DNA from: Candidatus Omnitrophota bacterium
Lineage (GTDB): Bacteria > Omnitrophota > Gorgyraeia > Zapsychrales > JANLHA01
Assembly (NCBI GenBank): GCA_023247795.1
Contig: JAHFFT010000003.1
Span: forward strand, 12,769-76,768
Reading direction: 5' to 3'
Length of the DNA stretch: 64,000 nt
The notes under the pieces are model-generated. The model was given only the letters and a program-made list of their open reading frames with translations, ran no database searches and was not told where the DNA came from. Below are positions 38,880 to 49,983 of this stretch, in pieces; position 1 is the stretch's first letter, and every line of letters begins with the position of its first letter. Made by a program: the position numbers and the translations under genes.

Positions 38880-39767
38880 ATGTCCGGTCAGATTTTAGAT
38901 GGTAAACTGTTAGCGAAACGGATTAACTCGGAGTTGTCGGCCGAGGTCCAGGTCTTGAAAGATAAGACCGGACAGGTCCCGCATTTGGTTAATCTCATGT
39001 TAGGCAATGAACCAGAGGCGTGTGCTTATGCCAATTCTCAAAAGCGAACGGCAAAGCAGATTGGAATCCGTTATGACTTGGTTCAACTCCCGTCGACAAC
39101 GAAGCAGCTTGAGTTGGAAAGCCATATTCAAAAACTCAATAAGGACCCCGCGGTCCATGGGATCATGATCCATAAACCGGTTCCCAGACAGATCGATTAT
39201 CGTCATATCGGCAATTGTGTCGCGATTGAAAAGGACCTTGAAGGGGTCAACGTTAGCAATATCGGCAAGATGATGTTGGGCGAGACCCTGATCATTCCCT
39301 GCACTCCGGCGGCGGTGATGGAACATATCAAATCCACCGGTATCAACCTGCGCGGAAAAGAGGCAGTGGTGGTTGGTGCCAGTGAAATCGTCGGTAAACC
39401 ACTCAGTTTGTTATTATTGCGGGAATGGGCAACGGTTTCGGTTTGTCACATCGCTACCAGTGAAACCGGACGTTTGCGGGAACACATTGCCGGCGCGGAA
39501 ATTTTAGTGGTTGCCGTTGGTAAGGCTGGACTGATTAAGGGGGAATGGATTAAAAAAGGGGCCATTGTGATCGACGTCGGCATCAATCAGGTCAATGATC
39601 ATATCGTCGGTGATGTGGAATTTGAATCGGCAAAAGAGCGGGCGGCTTTCATCACACCGGTGCCGGGAGGGGTAGGGCCAGTAACGGTTGTCATGCTCAT
39701 GCGAAACGGCATTGAGGCGTATAAATACCAGAAATTACAAAATAAGGTTGGGAGGCGGTCCCTTTAG
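38880..39767 (+). CDS. folD: bifunctional 5,10-methylene-THF dehydrogenase / methenyl-THF cyclohydrolase
   Basis: 295 aa. ..ILDGK..A..I........PHL..GN.PEA.AY.. and ..VVVGASEIVGKPLS..PGGVGP.T. motifs. Confidence 0.9.
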   Translation: MSGQILDGKLLAKRINSELSAEVQVLKDKTGQVPHLVNLMLGNEPEACAYANSQKRTAKQIGIRYDLVQLPSTTKQLELESHIQKLNKDPAVHGIMIHKPVPRQIDYRHIGNCVAIEKDLEGVNVSNIGKMMLGETLIIPCTPAAVMEHIKSTGINLRGKEAVVVGASEIVGKPLSLLLLREWATVSVCHIATSETGRLREHIAGAEILVVAVGKAGLIKGEWIKKGAIVIDVGINQVNDHIVGDVEFESAKERAAFITPVPGGVGPVTVVMLMRNGIEAYKYQKLQNKVGRRSL

Positions 39768-39779
39768 GGACTGTCCCCC
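39755..39779 (+). repeat. copy B of the GTCCC-TTTA-GGGACTGTCCC element, overlapping the folD stop codon
   Basis: ggcggtccctttagggactgtccccc (see copy A at 13876..13905). Both genes end with ..SL-stop, encoded by tccctttag. Confidence 0.5.
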
Positions 39780-39796
39780 AATCATTACGGAGTCTT

Positions 39797-40792
39797 ATGA
39801 AAAATATCTGTATTATTGGGAATTCTTTTTCGTCGGTAAAGGCAGCGCAAAGTTTAAGAGAAAAACTTTCGGAAAGTCAGATCCATCTTTTCCCCATGGA
39901 ACAACATCTTCCTTATGATCGGACCAGACTTTGGCAGCTGATCAATCAAGACTGTTCTTTTAAGGAGTTATCTTATCAGGAGGCCGCGTTTTATGAGGAA
40001 TTGAAAGTTCAAGTTTACACGGAGCAGAAAATTCAAAAGATCAATACCCATCGTCAGTACGTCACGACCGAAGACAAGCAAAAATTCCTTTATGATTTTT
40101 TATTGATCGCGGATACCGGTGCTGTGCAGTGGCCTGAGGTTAAGGGCGTTCAAAAAAGCGGAGTTTTTCATTTGAGAACAGCGGCAGATGCCTCGTCGCT
40201 GCTAAAGCATTTGAGTTTGAGTGAAACCGTATGCTTGCAGTCCAACAGTCTGCTGGGATTTAAGATCGCTGTTGCTTTACGGAACAAAGGAAAGGATGTG
40301 GTTTGGTTGACAGGGTCGATGGGATTAAGGGAAGAATATTACCCAAATGCCGAACGTGAAAATTTAAAAAGGGATTTGGAGGAAAAGGGTATTCGACTTT
40401 TGGAAGGTGAGTGCATTGCCGAAATCCTCGGTGATTTCGACGTGAAAGCGGTCCGGCTTCAATCCGGAAAGGTTCTGGCCGCACAGGCGATCCTTTTTCC
40501 AGACGCAGGGCCGCAGTTGCGGATTTTTAAAGAAACCGATATTGTTGTCGAGAACGGAGTTCAGTTGAATGCTTTTTATCAGACCAGTGTCGCGCAAGTC
40601 TATGGTTTCGATCGCTTGACCGTTGAGGCAGCCCTTGCCGAAGGCACGGGTCATTTTTCTGAAGTCTTAGAAAAGCAGGTGCAGGTTATTTGTCAGCATA
40701 TCTTGGGGAAAACACAGCCGACCGAACCAGAATCAGTATCTTCGGCTTCTTCAGCTCTCGATGATTCCTCGAAGGTGACACATCTTGTTTAG
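39797..40792 (+). CDS. hypothetical protein with pyridine-nucleotide-disulfide-oxidoreductase-like (Rossmann) architecture and degenerate dinucleotide-binding motifs
   Basis: 331 aa. N-terminal ICIIGNSFSS occupies the position of GxGxxG. A second Rossmann-like stretch lies around residue 150. Weak family resemblance only. Confidence 0.4.
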   Translation: MKNICIIGNSFSSVKAAQSLREKLSESQIHLFPMEQHLPYDRTRLWQLINQDCSFKELSYQEAAFYEELKVQVYTEQKIQKINTHRQYVTTEDKQKFLYDFLLIADTGAVQWPEVKGVQKSGVFHLRTAADASSLLKHLSLSETVCLQSNSLLGFKIAVALRNKGKDVVWLTGSMGLREEYYPNAERENLKRDLEEKGIRLLEGECIAEILGDFDVKAVRLQSGKVLAAQAILFPDAGPQLRIFKETDIVVENGVQLNAFYQTSVAQVYGFDRLTVEAALAEGTGHFSEVLEKQVQVICQHILGKTQPTEPESVSSASSALDDSSKVTHLV

Positions 40793-40856
40793 TTAAGCTT
40801 GGCAAGGGGCAGACTCAGCCAAGAATGCTAAATTAATACTTGTCAAATCCACCAAT

Positions 40857-41711
40857 ATGTATTATCCTTTACCTAAGTGTAGATTAAGATTGGCTCTTCG
40901 GAAATACACCGCCTTATACGTCTTATCAATATCCATACTTAGCTTTTCGCAAAAATCAAATGCTAGTGTTTTAGAGCAGACCGCTGAGCAATATCGTGCC
41001 AAAGGTTATGAACAACAGCAGAATGGGAATTACGGTAAGGCTCTGGATTATTATTTGAAGGCGGTTTCTTTGGGGGTGGAAAGTGCCCCGCTCTACAATG
41101 ACATTGGCGTGATCTTTGAACAGATGAAAATGCCGGACAAGGCCCAGGCCAATTATTTGAAGGCCTTGGATCTTGATGGCAATTACCTGCCGCCATATAC
41201 CAATCTGGCCTATTTGCATTTGGACCATGGAAATGTTCAGCAAGCGATTGTCTTGTTTGAAGAGCGGCTTAAGCGGGCCCCGGCGGGAGACCCCTGGATC
41301 TCAAAAATCGATTCGCTCCTCATTGATATTGACCCAAAACGGCGTAAGGAAATTTTTGATAAACAGGTGCGCGGGCTTCAATCGGAAGTTGTTCAGAAAA
41401 ATCGCGATGAATTTTATTTAGAGGTGATCCGCGGTGAAAAACATTATCATCAGGGTCAAGAGTACCTCAACAATAAAAATTATGACCGCGCCATTGCAGA
41501 GTTTGAACGGGCATTGAGTGTGACCCCGCAAAATCCCAAATTGTTAAAAGCCATTGAAGAAGCCAAATATTTCCAAAGGGTTGATGGTTTGAAGAAAGAA
41601 GCGCTTGAAGCAGTAAAGGATTTGGAAGCTGGAGAGATGCAGGCAGCAAAAGAAAAGATCAAAAATTTACTCGCCAACATCCCTGACGAGTCCAATCGTT
41701 CGTCCGATTGA
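40857..41711 (+). CDS. TPR-repeat protein, probably exported
   Basis: 284 aa. N-terminal hydrophobic segment. Several 34-aa TPR-like repeats (..YGKALDYYLKAVSL.., ..AQANYLKALDLDGNY.., ..YDRAIAEFERALSVTP..). Confidence 0.55.
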   Translation: MYYPLPKCRLRLALRKYTALYVLSISILSFSQKSNASVLEQTAEQYRAKGYEQQQNGNYGKALDYYLKAVSLGVESAPLYNDIGVIFEQMKMPDKAQANYLKALDLDGNYLPPYTNLAYLHLDHGNVQQAIVLFEERLKRAPAGDPWISKIDSLLIDIDPKRRKEIFDKQVRGLQSEVVQKNRDEFYLEVIRGEKHYHQGQEYLNNKNYDRAIAEFERALSVTPQNPKLLKAIEEAKYFQRVDGLKKEALEAVKDLEAGEMQAAKEKIKNLLANIPDESNRSSD

Positions 41712-41758
41712 TCCAACATGTCGCTCATTATTCATAGCAATACGTAAAAGAATGACTC

Positions 41759-44344
41759 ATGGTTAATTCCCAATTGTTTCTGATCGACGCGCACGCGCTT
41801 TGTTATCGTTCGTTTTACGCTTTGCCGGAATTGACCAACCGCCATGGCCAGACCACTCAGGCCGTGTATGGATTTTTGAAAACCCTGCAAAAGATTTTAA
41901 GAGATTTTCAGCCAAGCCACATGGCGGTGTGTTTCGATAAAGAAGGAAAGACCCGTCGCCAGCAAAAGTTTGCCGAATATAAAATCCAACGGCCGGCCAT
42001 GCCAGATGGTTTGATCAGTCAAATGGCGTATATCCAAAGGTTGGTCAAGGCGTATCAGCTGCCGCTTTTTGAATGCGCTGGTTATGAGGCCGACGATCTC
42101 ATTGCCACGATTGTCAAAGGGGTCAAGAAAAAAAATATTGAAACCATCATTGTCAGCGACGATAAAGATATGTATCAATTGGTGAACCATCAGGTCAAAG
42201 TTTTCAGTGCCCGCAAAAACGAATTCTTTGATTCCGAGGCCGTAAAAAAACATTTGGGTGTGGAGCCGGGACAGGTGGTTGATTTCATCGGCTTGGCAGG
42301 AGACAGCACCGACAATATCCCGGGGGTGCGCGGCATCGGAAAGGTGTCTGCCCAAAAATTATTAATGGAATTTGGTTCGCTGCAGAATGTTTTCAGCGAC
42401 CTTGAAAAGGTGAGTTCACCGAGCTTAAGAATGAAATTGAAAGAACAACAAGATTTGGCTTTGGTCAGCCGGGATTTGGCTTTGCTGGAAGACGCAGCCC
42501 CGATTGATTTTGATTTGCCGATGATGGCCGTCAAAGAACCGGATTACGCGAAGCTGCTTGAGCTTTTCACGGAACTTGAATTTCATCGCGATGCCAAAGG
42601 GATTGCCGGTCGTGGTTCGCCAGCGCAAACGGTTGAATTCATCGAGCATAAGTTGGAAAAGGAAGCTGATTTTAAAAAGTTTGTGCAGATGTTGCAAAAG
42701 CAAAAGGTGCTCTTTTTTTTGGCAGACTTGCCTGATGAAGAATCCGAACAGCATCTTCTTGTTGAGGGTCAGATCTATGTGACCACAGATGGGAAAGACA
42801 TTTATTCATTCCCGAAAGAAAAGCTTTCTAGCTTGAATGATGTGTGGGCAGATCAAGAAATCGTTAAGATCACGTTTGATTATAAAAAGCATTTGCGAAT
42901 ATTTCCATCGGAGAAATGCGTTGCCGGTACGGTTTTTGATGTCCTGATCGCGGCGGATCTGTTACTTGCCTCGCGGACAAATGAAGGTCTTCCTTCGATC
43001 GCTTGGCAGTATCTCAAACGTTCTATCAAAGAACAGGAAAAGCCGGCTGAGTTGGCGTCCTTGCTGGTTCAACTTTACGCGGTCTTAAGCCGGGAGCTTA
43101 AGGAAAAGGATTTGGAGAAATTGTTCGTTGAGATTGAGATGCCGCTGGTGAGTGTGCTTTATCGGATGGAGCGAGAAGGGGTCTGCTTAGATACACAGCT
43201 TTTGCAGGAACTTTCTCGTGAGTGCGAGAAGAAAATTGCAGTCCTTTTAAAAAATATTTTTGAAATTGCGGGTGAGGAATTCAATCTCAATTCTCCCAAA
43301 CAGCTCAGCAGGGTGCTTTTTGAAAAATTGGGTTTGCCGGTGATTAAAAAAATCAAGACCGGATTTTCGACCAACGAAGAGGTGTTGCAGCAGTTGGCGG
43401 AACAGCATGCCATTCCGTCGCACATTTTAGAATATCGGCAATTGGCGAAATTGAAATCAACTTATATCGACGCCTTGCCGAAGCTCCTTGATTCGCGGAC
43501 CGGACGCATCCATGCCTCTTTCAATCAGACCGGCGCCGAAACCGGACGATTGAGTTCCAATCATCCGAATTTGCAAAATATTCCGATTCGGACCGAATTG
43601 GGCAAACAGATCCGCAAGGCCTTTGTTCCTTCAAAAGCCGACCGAGTTCTCATTGCCGTGGATTATTCGCAGGTGGAACTGCGGATTCTGGCGCATTTGT
43701 CATCGGATGTGAATTTGAAGAAGGCGTTTCAGGAAGACCAGGACATTCATCAGTACACGGCCTCGTTGATCTTCAATGTCGACTTAGCGGACGTGACTGA
43801 TGAGATGCGCGATTCAGCCAAGCGGGTCAATTTCGGCATCATTTACGGGATGAGCGCTTTTGGCCTGGCGAAAGATTTGCGCATTTCGCAAGGTGAAGCC
43901 CAGACCTTCATCGACACCTATTTCGCGCGCTACGCGCAAGTGAAAAAGTTTATGGACCAGACCATTCAGGATTGTGAAAAGAACGGATATGTGACAACGC
44001 TTTTTCACCGTCGACGGTATCTGCCGGAAATCAACAACAGCAATTTGAGTGTGCGACAGTTCGCGCAACGCCAAGCGATCAATACTCCGGTCCAGGGTTC
44101 GGCAGCGGATTTGATGAAATTGGCGATGTTTAAAATTCAGGAAGACATTGATGGGCGCAAGTTGAAGTCAACAATGATCATCACGGTTCACGATGAATTG
44201 GTTTTTGACGCGTTAGCGACGGAAGAGAAGGATTTGATTGATCTGGTGAAACAGCGCATGGAGAACAGTTTGATTTTGAGCGTTCCCATCAAGGTTGCCG
44301 TCAAGCGCGGTAAGAATTGGCTGCAGATGGAGAAGGTCCGATGA
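41759..44344 (+). CDS. polA: DNA polymerase I
   Basis: 861 aa. 5'-3' exonuclease N-domain with HhH. Family A polymerase motifs A (..DYSQVELRILAHLS..), B (RRxAKxxNFGxxYG) and C (..HDE..). The canonical 3'-5' exo DTETT-type motif is not evident. Confidence 0.9.
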   Translation: MVNSQLFLIDAHALCYRSFYALPELTNRHGQTTQAVYGFLKTLQKILRDFQPSHMAVCFDKEGKTRRQQKFAEYKIQRPAMPDGLISQMAYIQRLVKAYQLPLFECAGYEADDLIATIVKGVKKKNIETIIVSDDKDMYQLVNHQVKVFSARKNEFFDSEAVKKHLGVEPGQVVDFIGLAGDSTDNIPGVRGIGKVSAQKLLMEFGSLQNVFSDLEKVSSPSLRMKLKEQQDLALVSRDLALLEDAAPIDFDLPMMAVKEPDYAKLLELFTELEFHRDAKGIAGRGSPAQTVEFIEHKLEKEADFKKFVQMLQKQKVLFFLADLPDEESEQHLLVEGQIYVTTDGKDIYSFPKEKLSSLNDVWADQEIVKITFDYKKHLRIFPSEKCVAGTVFDVLIAADLLLASRTNEGLPSIAWQYLKRSIKEQEKPAELASLLVQLYAVLSRELKEKDLEKLFVEIEMPLVSVLYRMEREGVCLDTQLLQELSRECEKKIAVLLKNIFEIAGEEFNLNSPKQLSRVLFEKLGLPVIKKIKTGFSTNEEVLQQLAEQHAIPSHILEYRQLAKLKSTYIDALPKLLDSRTGRIHASFNQTGAETGRLSSNHPNLQNIPIRTELGKQIRKAFVPSKADRVLIAVDYSQVELRILAHLSSDVNLKKAFQEDQDIHQYTASLIFNVDLADVTDEMRDSAKRVNFGIIYGMSAFGLAKDLRISQGEAQTFIDTYFARYAQVKKFMDQTIQDCEKNGYVTTLFHRRRYLPEINNSNLSVRQFAQRQAINTPVQGSAADLMKLAMFKIQEDIDGRKLKSTMIITVHDELVFDALATEEKDLIDLVKQRMENSLILSVPIKVAVKRGKNWLQMEKVR

Positions 44345-45762
44345 AAATCGCGTTTTGCAGCTCAGAGGCGGTTCCCTTTGCCAAGACCGGTGGGTTAGCG
44401 GATGTTTGCGGGACACTGCCATTATCGTTGGAAAAGCTCGGGCATGAAATGATCATCTTTTTACCGTATTACCAATGCGCACGAGAGTTCGGTCTTGATA
44501 CGGTGAGGGTTCACAACGAGGTTTTGTTGGCCAGACTGGGAAAAGATATCAAAGTTTACCTGATCGAAAATGAGAAATATTTTGATCGATCGGGTCTTTA
44601 TGGTGATGACGATGGTGATTATCCAGATAATCTGGAACGTTTCAGTTTTTTTTGTTTGAAGGTCTTGGAATTGATCAAACGATTTCATCCGGACCTAGAT
44701 ATCGTTCATTGTCATGATTGGCAGACGGCCTTGATCCCCGCCTATTTGGCGTTTAAGTTTTATTTTGATGAGGATCTGAGGAAAGTCATGACGATTTTCA
44801 CAATCCATAATTTGGCTTATCAGGGGGTTTTTCCAGCCAAGGAATTACCTAAGTTAGACCTTCCGCGTTCGGTGCTGACACCAGAGGGGATCGAGTTTTA
44901 CGGAAAAATCAATTTGTTAAAAGCCGGGATCATTTACAGCCGCATGGTGACCACGGTGAGCGAGAATTACGCGAAGGAGATCCAGACGACGGAGTTTGGC
45001 TGTGGGTTGGAGGGCGTGCTCAAAAATCGAAGAGAAGGTATTGTTGGCATCTTAAATGGAATTGATCAATCGATTTGGAATCCAGCGACCGATTCCTTGA
45101 TCGCAAAGAACTATGACGGATATGATCCATCGGCGAAACAGCATAATAAGAAAAATTTAAGAGCGATTTTCAATCTGCCTGATGAACAAGACTTGCCGAT
45201 TTTTGGTTTTGTCGGCCGTCTATCGCATCAGAAGGGGTTGGATTTGATTTTAGAATCCCTGGTCTCGGGAGAGGCTACCAAAAATATAAGATGTCAGATG
45301 GTTTTTTTAGGGTTGGGTAACAAAACGTATATCAAGGAACTGAAAAAATGGGCTAACCAATGTCCGCGGCAGGTGGCTGTGTGTTTTGAATTCAGTGAAA
45401 AAACCGCTCATCAGATCTATGCCGGCTCCGATTTTTTTCTGATGCCGTCGGTCTTTGAACCCTGTGGGTTGAGTCAGATGATCAGTCTTCGTTACGGAAC
45501 GATTCCGGTGGTTCATGCCGTGGGTGGATTGAAGGATACGATTCAAGATGTGAAGGCCAAGGGGAATGGCATTGTCTTTGAAGAGCATTCAGTGAAAGGG
45601 CTCACGTCGGCTTTGCAGCGGGCCATCAAAATTTATCAGCAGAAGGAACTGTTTCAGCGGTTGGTTAAAAAGGCGGCCAGGTACGATTTTTCCTGGGAGC
45701 GTTCCGCCCAAAAATATGAACAGCTTTACGCTTCTTTAACGGTCCGTCAGAAGAGGATGTAA
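44341..45762 (+). CDS. glgA: glycogen synthase (ADP-glucose type)
   Basis: MKIAFCSSEAVPFAKTGGLADVCGTLP (KTGGL motif) at the ATG overlapping the polA stop. GT5 C-terminal motifs. About 473 aa. Confidence 0.88.
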   Translation: MKIAFCSSEAVPFAKTGGLADVCGTLPLSLEKLGHEMIIFLPYYQCAREFGLDTVRVHNEVLLARLGKDIKVYLIENEKYFDRSGLYGDDDGDYPDNLERFSFFCLKVLELIKRFHPDLDIVHCHDWQTALIPAYLAFKFYFDEDLRKVMTIFTIHNLAYQGVFPAKELPKLDLPRSVLTPEGIEFYGKINLLKAGIIYSRMVTTVSENYAKEIQTTEFGCGLEGVLKNRREGIVGILNGIDQSIWNPATDSLIAKNYDGYDPSAKQHNKKNLRAIFNLPDEQDLPIFGFVGRLSHQKGLDLILESLVSGEATKNIRCQMVFLGLGNKTYIKELKKWANQCPRQVAVCFEFSEKTAHQIYAGSDFFLMPSVFEPCGLSQMISLRYGTIPVVHAVGGLKDTIQDVKAKGNGIVFEEHSVKGLTSALQRAIKIYQQKELFQRLVKKAARYDFSWERSAQKYEQLYASLTVRQKRM

Positions 45763-45763
45763 G

Positions 45764-46360
45764 ATGTTGATCATCGGTGTGACCGGAAATTTGGGTTCGG
45801 GAAAAACATCGGTGACAAAAAATTTTGGGGCGTTGGGTGCCAAAATGATTTTTTCCGATGATGTCGTTCATGATTTGCTAAAAGAATCGACGGTGGTGAA
45901 AAGGGACATTGTTAAGCTATTCACGGAATCGGTCCTGACGAAGGGGATGATCGACCGTCAGAAATTGGCAAAAATTGTTTTTAACGAAAGGAGTCAATTG
46001 CAGCAGCTCGAAAGTATCCTTCACCCCCGTGTCATTCAGACGATCCGCCGGCAATTATCTCGTTATCAGCGTCGGAAGGTCAAAGCCGTTGTGGTTGATG
46101 TTCCTTTGTTGTTTGAGGCCAAGATGGAATCGTTGTTTGACGCGATCATCGCGGTCAGCTCAACAAGAGAGGAACAAATCCAACGGGCAAGACAACGGTT
46201 AAAGATTTCAAAAAGGGAAGCTTTGCAAAGGTTACAACGCCAGTTACCGGCAAAAGAAAAAAATCTTTTGGCGGACTTTATTATAGATAATGGTGGAACA
46301 CGGTCTCAGACCAAAAAGCAGGTCGCTGTTGTTTGGCGGGAACTGGTTCCTAAAAATTAA
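45764..46360 (+). CDS. coaE: dephospho-CoA kinase
   Basis: 198 aa. [16 protein letters not shown]-loop. CoaE fold. Confidence 0.85.
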   Translation: MLIIGVTGNLGSGKTSVTKNFGALGAKMIFSDDVVHDLLKESTVVKRDIVKLFTESVLTKGMIDRQKLAKIVFNERSQLQQLESILHPRVIQTIRRQLSRYQRRKVKAVVVDVPLLFEAKMESLFDAIIAVSSTREEQIQRARQRLKISKREALQRLQRQLPAKEKNLLADFIIDNGGTRSQTKKQVAVVWRELVPKN

Positions 46361-46389
46361 AATTCGAAAACAAAATAAGAGGTAAGGAA

Positions 46390-47784
46390 ATGGCAAAAGT
46401 AGCATCGAAAGAAGTGAAAGACAATAAAACCAAGACGCAGGGGGAAAGTCAAATGGAAAAATCCAGTACAACCAAAACCGTGGAAAAAGAAGCTGACCGG
46501 CCGATCAGAAATGATCCGCCGAAAGGGGATGAGCAGCTCGACATCACTAAGTTGAAGGACTTGAAAATGTCGGAGTTGACCAAGATCGCCCGGGATTTGA
46601 ATTTAGACGGCGTTAGCGGAATCAAAAAACAGGAACTGATTTTTAAGATCCTTCAACATAAAGCGGAGAAGGCGGGCCTCATGTTCGGCGAGGGGACACT
46701 GGAAATCCTTTCCGAAGGGTTTGGCTTTTTACGCAGCGCCAATTACAATTATTTGCCTTGTCCGGACGATATTTACATTTCTCCGTCGCAAATCCGCCGT
46801 TTTGATTTGAAGACCGGAGACAATGTCAGCGGGCATATCCGTCCTCCTAAAGAAGGCGAGAAGTATTTTGCTTTGCTTAAAGTGGAAGCGGTGAATTACG
46901 AAAATCCCGAGCAGTCAAAGGACAAAATATTTTTTGATAATTTGACGCCGCTTTATCCGCATGACCGGGTCAAATTGGAGACGAAACCAGAAGAAGTCTC
47001 AATGCGGATCATGGATCTGTTGACTCCCATTGGCATGGGGCAGCGCGCCTTGATTGTCGCTCCTCCGTACAGTGGCAAGACGGTATTGTTGCAAAAAATC
47101 GCGAATTCGATCACAGAGAATCACCCGGACGTGATTATGATTGTCTTGTTGATTGACGAGCGTCCAGAAGAAGTGACGGACATGCAACGTGGAGTTAAGG
47201 GCGAGGTCATTGCCTCGACCTTTGATGAGCCGGCGGAACGGCATGTCCAGATCGCCGAGATCGTGCTGGAGAAAGCCAAACGTTTGGTGGAACATAAGCG
47301 CGATGTGGTGATCTTGCTCGACAGTATCACGCGTCTGGCGCGGGCGTATAACACGGTCGTTCCGCACAGTGGAAAGATCCTTTCCGGCGGTGTAGATTCG
47401 AACGCGTTGCACAAACCCAAACGGTTTTTTGGTGCGGCCCGTGCCGTTGAGGAGGGTGGCAGTTTGACGATCATCGCGACTTCGCTGGTTGACACCGGCA
47501 GCCGCATGGATGAAGTCATCTTTGAAGAATTCAAAGGAACCGGTAACATGGAGTTGCAGCTGGACCGCAATCTGTTTCAGCGTCGGATTTATCCAGCCAT
47601 TGATATCAAACGTTCCAACACCCGTCACGAAGAATTGCTGCTGTCGCAAGATGATCTTTCGCGGGTTTGGCTGTTGCGTAAGGCCATCAATGATTTGAAC
47701 GCGGCCGAGGCCATGGAATTGTTGATTGATAAGGTTTCAAAATATAAGACGAATAAAGAATTTTTGGCAAACATGAACAAGTAA
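46390..47784 (+). CDS. rho: transcription termination factor Rho
   Basis: 464 aa. N-terminal insertion/Lys-rich region, the usual start of the Rho N-terminal domain (..[27 protein letters not shown]..), cold-shock-like RNA-binding domain, Walker A (..PPYSGKT..), Q and R loops. Confidence 0.92.
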   Translation: MAKVASKEVKDNKTKTQGESQMEKSSTTKTVEKEADRPIRNDPPKGDEQLDITKLKDLKMSELTKIARDLNLDGVSGIKKQELIFKILQHKAEKAGLMFGEGTLEILSEGFGFLRSANYNYLPCPDDIYISPSQIRRFDLKTGDNVSGHIRPPKEGEKYFALLKVEAVNYENPEQSKDKIFFDNLTPLYPHDRVKLETKPEEVSMRIMDLLTPIGMGQRALIVAPPYSGKTVLLQKIANSITENHPDVIMIVLLIDERPEEVTDMQRGVKGEVIASTFDEPAERHVQIAEIVLEKAKRLVEHKRDVVILLDSITRLARAYNTVVPHSGKILSGGVDSNALHKPKRFFGAARAVEEGGSLTIIATSLVDTGSRMDEVIFEEFKGTGNMELQLDRNLFQRRIYPAIDIKRSNTRHEELLLSQDDLSRVWLLRKAINDLNAAEAMELLIDKVSKYKTNKEFLANMNK

Positions 47785-47785
47785 A

Positions 47786-47875
47786 ACCAGGGACTATCTT
47801 TGGAAAGCAACAAGTCCCAAACTGCAAGTCCCAAGTTGCAAATGACTTGCGACATGCGACATGAGACTAATGAGG
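47786..47875 (+). repeat. structured repeat region downstream of rho and upstream of rpmE: GGGACT...AGTCCC inverted repeat, CAAGTCCCA x2, CAAGTTGCAA, ACTTGCGACATGCGACATGAGAC. Shares words with the 11034..11130 cluster
   Basis: Read directly. GGGACU (47791) can pair with either AGUCCC copy. Shares GTTGCAA and ACTTGCGAC with the lptB-tig region. Confidence 0.4.
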
Positions 47876-47888
47876 GAGGTAACAAACA

Positions 47889-48128
47889 GTGAAACAAGAA
47901 ATTCATCCTAACTACGAACAGACCACCATCACCTGTGGTTCCTGTGGCCATGTGCTGCACACCCGCTCGACAAAGAAGAATATCCGTGTGGAGATCTGTT
48001 CCCATTGTCATCCGTTTTTCACCGGAGAAAAACGTTTCGTTGATTCGGCTGGACGGATTGAGCGTTTCAAGCAGCGCTATACGGAAACGGCGACCAAGAA
48101 GTCAGATAAGACTCCGAAGAAGAAGTGA
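47889..48128 (+). CDS. rpmE: 50S ribosomal protein L31 (zinc-ribbon type)
   Basis: 79 aa. MKQEIHPNY...CxxC...CxxCHPF.TG. Confidence 0.9.
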   Translation: MKQEIHPNYEQTTITCGSCGHVLHTRSTKKNIRVEICSHCHPFFTGEKRFVDSAGRIERFKQRYTETATKKSDKTPKKK

Positions 48129-49192
48129 TGTTTGATAAATGTGAAAAGAACGCTCAGCGTCTTGTGGAATTGGAAAATCTGCTTGGTGATCCAAAGGTTA
48201 TCGCGGATAAACCGCAATACCAAAAGTTTGCCAAGGAATTTTCCGACTTATTTCCGGTGGTGGAGGCCTTTCGCAATCATCGGAAACTGACTCAACAAAT
48301 CGTCGAGCTGCAGGTTCTGCTCAAAGAAAAGCATGACCAGGATTTTAAGGAATTGGCCAGGTTGGAGCTCAAGGACCTCGAGGAGCAAAAGTTGGCCCTT
48401 GAAAAAAAACTTGATGACATCCTTAATCCGAAAATCCAAGAGCAGGATGTCGATTTGATTTTTGAAATCAGGGCAGGGACCGGCGGGCAAGAGGCCAGTC
48501 TTTTTGCCGCGGATTTGTACCGGATGTATTCTCGCTACGCGCAGGTCAAAGGTTGGAAGGTGGATTCTTTGAGCAGCCACGAATCAGACGCTGGTGGATT
48601 TAAAGAAGTGATCTTCGGTATTAGCGGCAAGGGGGCCGCCCGTCGTCTCAAATGGGAGGGTGGCATTCATCGCGTGCAGCGGGTTCCTTTGACGGAAGCC
48701 TCAGGGCGGATTCATACCTCGGCGGCCACGGTCGCGGTTTTGCCCGAACCGCAGGACATTGAAATCAAGATTGATCCCAAGGATTTGAAAATTGATGTGT
48801 TTCGCTCTTCCGGTCCCGGTGGACAAAGTGTGAACACCACTGATTCCGCCGTGCGCATCACACATTTAACGTCGGGCATTGTGGTGGTCTGCCAGGATGA
48901 ACGTTCACAACTCAAAAATAGATTGAAGGCGATGCGGGTGTTGCGCGCGCGTTTGCACGACAAAATCCTCCGTGAGAATTTTGAGAAGGAAACCCAAAGC
49001 CGTAAGGCGATGGTGGGGACCGGCGACCGCAGTGAAAAAATTCGTACTTATAATTTCCCCGACCGGCGGGTCACGGATCATCGCATTGGTTTCACCACCC
49101 ATCAGTTCCAGAAGATGCTTGACGGAGATTTGGATGAAATCACCGATGCTTTATTGAAAGCGGAATTAGAGAAAAAGGGGAAGGCTCGATGA
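48125..49192 (+). CDS. prfA: peptide chain release factor 1
   Basis: 355 aa. GGQ motif (SGPGGQSVN). PxT-type RF1 region. In-frame throughout with no frameshift (not RF2). Confidence 0.9.
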   Translation: MMFDKCEKNAQRLVELENLLGDPKVIADKPQYQKFAKEFSDLFPVVEAFRNHRKLTQQIVELQVLLKEKHDQDFKELARLELKDLEEQKLALEKKLDDILNPKIQEQDVDLIFEIRAGTGGQEASLFAADLYRMYSRYAQVKGWKVDSLSSHESDAGGFKEVIFGISGKGAARRLKWEGGIHRVQRVPLTEASGRIHTSAATVAVLPEPQDIEIKIDPKDLKIDVFRSSGPGGQSVNTTDSAVRITHLTSGIVVVCQDERSQLKNRLKAMRVLRARLHDKILRENFEKETQSRKAMVGTGDRSEKIRTYNFPDRRVTDHRIGFTTHQFQKMLDGDLDEITDALLKAELEKKGKAR

Positions 49193-49977
49193 CGGAACAG
49201 GAATTGATTCTGACCGCGATCTTGGGCTGTGAACGCGTTGATTTGTATCAAAAAGAATTGTCGTTCACGACGGTTCAGCAGGAGCGTTATCAAGATATCA
49301 CGTTCCGACGGTTGCAAGGAGAACCTTTGCAGTATCTTTTGGGAGAGACCGAGTTTTTTGGGCTGCGATTGCAGGTTGACCGCCGCACGTTCATTCCTCG
49401 TCCAGAAACCGAGGTGTTGGTGGAAACGATTTTAGCGCGCGTTCAAAATAGAAAAGCAAAAATTGACATTTTGGAGTTGGGAACGGGATCGGGGAATATC
49501 GCGGTGAGTTTGGCCAAACATCTTCCCGGGGCCAGGATTGTTACGGTTGATATCTCGGACGGGGCCTTAACCGTTGCTAAGCAAAATGCAGTCCATCATG
49601 GGGTGGCCGAGCAAATCCTTTTTCTACAAGCCGATATGGTGGATTTTTTGGCTGGACGATCAGGGGATCTTTTTTACGATTGTGTTGTGAGCAATCCGCC
49701 CTATATCCCTTCGGGACAGTTGTCGGATTTGCCAAGGGATGTTCAACAGGAGCCGCGTTTGAGTTTAGACGGAGGAGTGGATGGTTTGAAATTTTATCAT
49801 CCGTTGATTAAGGCCTGGTCATTGCTGAAAGAACAGGGGCGATTATTTTTTGAATTTGGAGATGGACAACGCCGCGCCCTAGAAGTTATATTACAGAATA
49901 AAATGGACACCTATTCCTACGAATTTGTTCAGGATTTGAGCGGTCGTGATCGGAGTGCGGTCCTACAAAAAACCTAA
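49189..49977 (+). CDS. prmC: release factor glutamine N5-methyltransferase
   Basis: 262 aa. SAM-MTase motif I (..[12 protein letters not shown]..) and NPPY motif. Follows prfA with an ATGA overlap. Confidence 0.88.
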   Translation: MTEQELILTAILGCERVDLYQKELSFTTVQQERYQDITFRRLQGEPLQYLLGETEFFGLRLQVDRRTFIPRPETEVLVETILARVQNRKAKIDILELGTGSGNIAVSLAKHLPGARIVTVDISDGALTVAKQNAVHHGVAEQILFLQADMVDFLAGRSGDLFYDCVVSNPPYIPSGQLSDLPRDVQQEPRLSLDGGVDGLKFYHPLIKAWSLLKEQGRLFFEFGDGQRRALEVILQNKMDTYSYEFVQDLSGRDRSAVLQKT

Positions 49978-49983
49978 TTCCCA

